From: a virus | Lineage: Duplodnaviria; Heunggongvirae; Uroviricota; Caudoviricetes | IMG/VR virus record: IMGVR_UViG_2563366887_000002 | Strand: one strand, 5' to 3' | DNA length: 21,113 bases | Shown: piece by piece, positions 16,598 through 21,113 of the stretch | Layout: every line of letters starts with the position of its first letter | Numbering within the stretch: position 1 is the first letter of the stretch | Program-made: the position numbers and the translations under genes | The notes under the pieces: generated by a model | Seen by the model: the letters and a program-made list of their open reading frames with translations, nothing else | The model's database searches: none | Told to the model about the DNA's origin: nothing

Positions 16598-17511
16598 GTG
16601 AATGGTAAGGCGCTTTCAGCGGATATAACACTGACGCCGAAAGATATTGGTACGCTTAACTCAACAACAATGTCATTCAGCGGTGGTGCTGGTTGGTTCA
16701 AATTAGCAACGGTAATGCCAGCGTGACGATTCATACGTCACCAGCATATTCTGCTAATAAGCCGGAAGGGTTAACGGACGGTACAGTTTATTCACTCTAT
16801 ACGCCATCAGAGCAGTTTTATCCGCCTGGCGCACCAATCCCGTGGCCATCAGATACCGTTCCGTCTGGCTATGCCCTGATGCAGGGGCAGACTTTTGACA
16901 AATCTGCATACCCGAAACTTGCAGCCGCTTATCCGTCAGCCGTGATCCCTGATATGCGTGGCTGGACGATTAAGGGCAAACCCGCCAGTGGTCGTGCCGT
17001 ATTGTCTCAGGAACAGGACGGCATTAAATCGCACACCCACAGCGCCAGCGCATCCAGTACGGATTTGGGGACGAAAAACACATCGTCGTTTGATTACGGA
17101 ACCAAATCCACGAATAACACCGGGGCGCATACCCATAGTATTAGCGGGACTGCAAATAGTGCCGGTGCGCACCAACACAAGAGTTCCGGTGCATTTGGTG
17201 GCACGAACACGAGCATTTTCCCTAATGGTTATACCGCGATTTCAAATCTAAGCGCGGGGATTATGAGCACAACAAGCGGTAGTGGCCAGACTCGTAATGC
17301 AGGGAAGACATCATCAGATGGTGCTCATACCCACTCGCTGTCCGGCACTGCTGCAAGCGCAGGCGCACATGCACATACTGTCGGTATTGGTGCTCATACG
17401 CACTCCGTTGCGATTGGCTCACACGGACACACCATCACCGTTAACGCTGCTGGTAACGCGGAAAACACCGTCAAAAACATCGCATTTAACTATATTGTGA
17501 GGCTTGCATAA
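16598..17511 (+). pseudogene. stf: Side tail fibre Stf, C-terminal fragment, with a frame shift near 16693-16723
   Basis: Frame 2 reads [42 protein letters not shown] then stops; frame 1 continues to ...[38 protein letters not shown], matching the lambda Stf C-terminus; no start codon. Confidence 0.8.
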
Positions 17512-18092
17512 TGGCATTCAGAATGAGTGAACAACCACGGACCATAAAAATTTATAATCTGCTGGCCGGAACTAATGAATTTATTGGTGAAGGTGATGCA
17601 TATATTCCGCCTCATACAGGTCTGCCAGCAAACAGTACCGATATTGCACCGCCAGATATTCCGGCTGGCTTCGTGGCTGTTTTCAACAGTGATGAGTCAT
17701 CGTGGCATCTTGTTGAAGACCATCGGGGTAAAACAGTTTATGACGTGGCATCAGGGGACGCGTTATTTATTTCTGAACTCGGCTCATTACCGGAAAATGT
17801 TACCTGGTTATCCCCGGAAGGGGAGTTTCAGAAGTGGAACGGCACAGCCTGGGTGAAGGATACGGAAGCAGAAAAACTGTTCCGGATCCGGGAGGTGGAA
17901 GAAACAAAAAACAGCCTGATGCAGGTAGCCAGTGAGCATATAGCGCCGCTTCAGGATGCTGTGGATCTGGAAATCGCAACGGAGGAAGAAACCTTGTTGC
18001 TGGAAGCCTGGAAAAAGTATCGGGTATTGCTGAACCGTGTTGATACGTCAACTGCACAGGATATTGAATGGCCAGTAGCACCTATAGGGTAA
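17511..18092 (+). CDS. tfa: Tail fibre assembly protein Tfa
   Basis: 193-aa [47 protein letters not shown]... matches lambda Tfa. Confidence 0.9.
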   Translation: MAFRMSEQPRTIKIYNLLAGTNEFIGEGDAYIPPHTGLPANSTDIAPPDIPAGFVAVFNSDESSWHLVEDHRGKTVYDVASGDALFISELGSLPENVTWLSPEGEFQKWNGTAWVKDTEAEKLFRIREVEETKNSLMQVASEHIAPLQDAVDLEIATEEETLLLEAWKKYRVLLNRVDTSTAQDIEWPVAPIG

Positions 18093-18950
18093 ATTCGTAA
18101 TGATTACCTAAATACGTTATTCTTTTGTTCAAAAAGTGATTTTGCTATAGATAGGGAGTATGTTCTTGGATTAAGAATAAAAATCGCCATGAAAGAGCTT
18201 CATGGCGAGTACATAAACGTACAAAATGTGATGAAAGTAGAGTGGCGTAAGCCACTATATTAAGATGTGACAATAGCGAAGAAAAGTAAATAACATTTTA
18301 TGGACGTTTAATTGTTAATTATAAAAACTAGAGTGCCCGATATTGTTTACCTTGCTTTAAAATAATGTACTCAAACCAAATTTTTGAGCTAAAAGCTCAA
18401 ATAATATAAATGCAATAATAATGTTTAATAAGACAATTAGCTTGCTTTGTATTTTCATTTCGGAATACTGTTAAGTAACTTTGATGACCCTAACAATAGA
18501 TCGGAATTTTCTTAGAGTCAATGGTCACTGTTTTTGCTTGCAAAGCAAATGTTTTGGTGGTTATAAGTTGTCTTAATATAGTCACGCATGCAACTTGTTC
18601 CATGCGGAGATTAAAGATTGGAATATAACGCTAAGATGGAATTAAATTACATTTGCAATAATCAATTTATTATTACTCAATAATTACCGATATTATTATT
18701 GTAAATTAATCATTAGAGTGCAAAAAGAAATGTAACGGCAAAATAAGAGGACGATAGCTGAGAAAAAAGCGTGCTTTCCCAATCTGGGGCAAATCACGTC
18801 TGAATGACACCTGAAAACAGGTGGTAGCCTCAAGAAGGCTTGGAATATTCTTCTTTAATGTTATGTAATTCATTGATTTTTCGTGTACGATTTAAAGACA
18901 TTTATTCCAAGAAAAATTTTTAACTCTTTGATTTTTCGACTCTGTATCAT

Positions 18951-19012
18951 CGGTCTCGAAAACCGGAGTAGGGGCAACTCTACCGGGGGTTCAAATCCCC
19001 CTCTCTCCGCCA
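18951..19012 (+). tRNA. serU: 3' fragment (about 62 nt) of a tRNA-Ser gene (serU-like), ending CCA; 5' third absent. Probable integration-site remnant, not a functional tRNA
   Basis: CGGTCTCGAAAACCGGAGTAGGGGCAACTCTACCGGGGGTTCAAATCCCCCTCTCTCCGCCA matches the anticodon loop, long variable arm, T-arm and acceptor 3' end of E. coli tRNA-Ser(CGA) as recalled; upstream bases do not match the D-arm. Confidence 0.7.
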
Positions 19013-19587
19013 CTTTATCAATGACTTATCTCCCGACTTCCCGCCTTGCTTTTCCTAAACAGAACAATCGTAGAATATTCTTGAAGGGTTAGATCGTCAC
19101 TGTTTTCTGTTCGATACTGTGACATTCAGCACTTGATTCGCTATGGATCTGACAGGAAGGTTTTGAGCGAAAATTTGCAGTTATTCAGTCGTTTTCTTAT
19201 CGGTCACCATTATTCTTTTAGACATTGATCCTACAAAGCTGCCGCAAAGTTGGTGGTGGGAACTGAAGTTGCGTAGAGAAGGGGTCAATACCCGGAGGCA
19301 AACATGGGCTGGCAAAAGTGTAGCGGTATTAGGCGCAGCTATTTAGCCTAGTTATGTTTTATGAAAACTTGATATCATATAAGTGTCTTACTTATTGGCT
19401 GTAAATAAGTTTTTCCTAAGGAATTGTTTCTTGAGTATCATTTGTAACTGTAACGGAATTTATAATCCTTTGCTTTATTGTTACGGTATTTTTTATCACA
19501 CCCTATTTTTTATGTGGTTTTTTATACTGAAGTTTGGCAAAGTGAACTTTATATGCATATACTTCATCCTGGTTTCAGTTAAGTTGG

Positions 19588-20340
19588 GTGGATGATATGG
19601 CAACTACATGTTCAGTTATATTGATTTTGGAGTCCTTTGATGTTTATTTCGGAAAAGAGAGTGTGTTTCTGGAGAGAGGTTCATCTGTACTTGTCGACTC
19701 TAGCTCTAGAGATTTTTTCCTGACATATCCTGAAAGAGTGATAGTGGCGGATTTTGGCGCTGAGTTTATTAGTCGCTATTTGAAAGCTAATAACTTAAGG
19801 GATATTTCTGATTGTAGGGAATATCCATCTTATTTAAAAATAAACTTTGCTGACTTCAGTTTAATTAAAGGATTAATTAGTTGGGCTAATCACTGTGCTG
19901 AATACATAGAAATTTTTGATGAGTCTATTGCTTTTACATGTCTCTCTGCATTTTCTTCTGAAAAACAATTTGGAGTATTTCTGTTTGAATGTTTGAAAAG
20001 CACAGGGGCTAAAGTTAAAACGATTATTCATACGGATTTATCTGCACCATGGCGTCTTAAGGATATATCATCAAGATTATATCTCAGCGAAAGTTTACTA
20101 AAGAGGAAATTGAAAGAAGAGGGGGTATCATTCAGTAAGATCATACTTGATGAGAGGATGCAAATGGCTGAATATTTACTCAGCACTCGTTGTTATCCTA
20201 TTAGTAAAGTAGCTAAGGTCTGTGGTTATGCCAGTGTCTCATACTTTACTTATGTATTTAGACGTTATTTTGGTGTTTCTCCAAGTCAATACTCTCAGAG
20301 CAGTTCAGAAAGTAAAATTCTTACTCACCAGGGAATCTGA
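19588..20340 (+). CDS. AraC/XylS-family transcriptional regulator, AppY/EnvY/GadX-like
   Basis: 250-aa ORF with C-terminal double HTH (WRLKDISSRLYLSESLLKRKLKEEGVSFSKIILDERMQMAEYLL...GYASVSYFTYVFRRYFGVSPSQY); AT-rich gene behind a long AT-rich leader; start GTG 19588 or ATG 19597. Confidence 0.75.
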   Translation: MDDMATTCSVILILESFDVYFGKESVFLERGSSVLVDSSSRDFFLTYPERVIVADFGAEFISRYLKANNLRDISDCREYPSYLKINFADFSLIKGLISWANHCAEYIEIFDESIAFTCLSAFSSEKQFGVFLFECLKSTGAKVKTIIHTDLSAPWRLKDISSRLYLSESLLKRKLKEEGVSFSKIILDERMQMAEYLLSTRCYPISKVAKVCGYASVSYFTYVFRRYFGVSPSQYSQSSSESKILTHQGI

Positions 20341-20850
20341 TCATTGTTCTTGCCCCCTTATTTCCAGACAGGGGGTGTATCTTAAGTTAACGTTACCCGC
20401 TGACGTCGATATTCTCGCGGAGAGCGATAACCCAACGCACTGTGCGGATGGTTTTCATTGTAATGTTCGATCGCCACTGCAAGATTATGCAATGCCGTTC
20501 TTACATTCGGTTTCGGCATGAACGCGATGTAGTCTTCCTTCATCGTTTTCACGAACCTTTCTGCCATTCCATTACTCTGAGGACTGCTGATTGCCGTTGT
20601 GCAGGGCTCCAGATTCAACTCTCTGGCGAACTGCCATGTTTCATGCGCTCTATACGCTGAACCGTTATCTGTCAGCCACTGGATGGACTGTTCCGGTACT
20701 TTATCGCCAAAGCGTTTTTCTATCGCTCCTAACATGACATCCTGCACTGTCGCTTTATCGTAACCTCCCGTGCTTGCGGCCCAGTCTATGGCTTCACGAT
20801 CGCAACAGTCCAGGGCGAACGTAACACGCAGTTTTGAATCGCCACGGGTT
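20341..20850 (-). mobile_element. IS3-family (IS2-like) element remnant: 3' half of the orfB transposase (DDE catalytic core), 5' part cut off by another insertion
   Basis: Translation [42 protein letters not shown]...[14 protein letters not shown] resembles the C-terminal half of IS2 InsD; in-frame stop and loss of homology near 20850; ORF-track ORF 20382-20747. Confidence 0.75.
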
Positions 20851-21113
20851 TAACAGACACCTCAGAGTCATTTAAGATGGCTTAAAGAGAGGTGCCCATG
20901 AGCGGTAAGCGTTATCCCGAAGAGTTTAAAACTGAAGCAGTCAAACAGGTTGTTGATCGCGGTTATTCTGTTGCCAGCGTTGCAACACGTCTCGATATCA
21001 CCACCCACAGCCTTTATGCCTGGATAAAGAAGTACGGTCCGGATTACTCCACTTTTTCATCAAGCCAATCCGCCCACCACTGCATCATTTCTCTGCGCTT
21101 ATCGAGATACTGA
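20851..21113 (+). mobile_element. 5' end of a second IS3-family element running off the window
   Basis: Starts where the IS2-like remnant breaks; contains orfA-like ORF with HTH. Confidence 0.55.
20898..21113 (+). CDS. IS3-family transposase OrfA (HTH N-terminal region); C-terminal part atypical, possibly disrupted
   Basis: MSGKRYPEEFKTEAVKQVVDRGYSVASVATRLDITTHSLYAWIKKYGPD matches the IS3-family OrfA motif; RBS GAGG 7 nt upstream; the expected leucine-zipper region is not seen before the stop at 21111-21113. Confidence 0.55.
   Translation: MSGKRYPEEFKTEAVKQVVDRGYSVASVATRLDITTHSLYAWIKKYGPDYSTFSSSQSAHHCIISLRLSRY

Larger units (their letters stand above)
1331..18092. mobile_element. Defective mosaic lambdoid prophage (lambda-type int/att, DLP12-like nin and late region); right boundary not defined, no attR seen
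   Basis: attL core at left; int, xis, bet remnant, nin genes, Q, lysis cassette, cos, nu1, A fragment, stf fragment and tfa in prophage order; cI, cro, N, O, P and all head/tail genes absent. Confidence 0.8.

Noticed and set aside
14916-16734. Minus-strand ORFs 14916-15455, 15134-15496, 15595-16362, 15807-15989, 15968-16156, 16465-16734 and plus ORFs 14950-15156, 15989-16186, 16202-16501
   Set aside because: All lie antisense or out of frame within nu1 and A, whose frames match lambda proteins.
16936-18081. ORFs 16936-17178 (-), 16958-17251 (+), 17282-17500 (+), 17575-17856 (+), 17800-18081 (-)
   Set aside because: Alternate frames of the stf fragment and tfa; His/Pro/Arg-rich artefacts.
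18883-19092. 69-aa plus-strand ORF overlapping the tRNA-Ser fragment
   Set aside because: It runs straight through a tRNA-derived sequence and has no RBS.
19383-19595. 70-aa plus-strand ORF in the AraC leader
   Set aside because: Extremely AT-rich Phe/Ile/Leu-rich translation with no RBS; typical artefact of AT-rich DNA.
20222-20660. Plus-strand ORFs 20222-20521 and 20442-20660
   Set aside because: They overlap the AraC gene 3' end and the IS2-like transposase remnant antisense.
1-21113. CRISPR arrays, rRNA genes, intact tRNA genes
   Set aside because: No regularly spaced direct repeats or rRNA-like sequence were seen; the only tRNA-like sequence is the truncated tRNA-Ser fragment at 18951-19012.

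Overview
This window is Escherichia coli-type chromosome at the lambda attachment site, carrying a defective, mosaic lambdoid prophage. All calls rest on reading the six-frame translations and on recollection of lambda and DLP12 proteins; no database search was possible. Layout: the 3' end of host ybhC (1-1284), then attL with the 15-bp lambda core GCTTTTTTATACTAA (1331-1345) and the P' arm, then lambda-type int, xis and orf55. Next is an exo-xis region with AT-rich accessory genes (2975-5446), a 13-codon exo stub and only the C-terminal half of bet. The whole immunity and replication region is absent; in its place sit a small membrane protein and a two-lipoprotein operon (6199-7656). A DLP12-like nin region follows (ylcH, ybcN, ninE, ybcO, rusA, ylcG, quuD), then an intact nmpC/Lc-type porin, a 21-type pinholin and SAR endolysin with lambda-type Rz/Rz1, bor, ybcV, ybcW, ylcI, cos and nu1. 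Terminase A is truncated after about 350 codons and fused to a frameshifted stf C-terminus plus tfa, so all head and tail genes are missing. The right end is ORF-free AT-rich DNA, a 62-nt 3' fragment of tRNA-Ser, an AraC-family regulator and nested IS3-family fragments. The best candidates for an undescribed system are the AT-rich morons in the exo-xis slot (a secreted cysteine-rich protein and a strongly translated 142-aa protein behind a perfect palindrome) and the membrane-protein plus lipoprotein cassette in the immunity slot. Three genes carry in-frame stop codons. No CRISPR array, rRNA or intact tRNA was seen.
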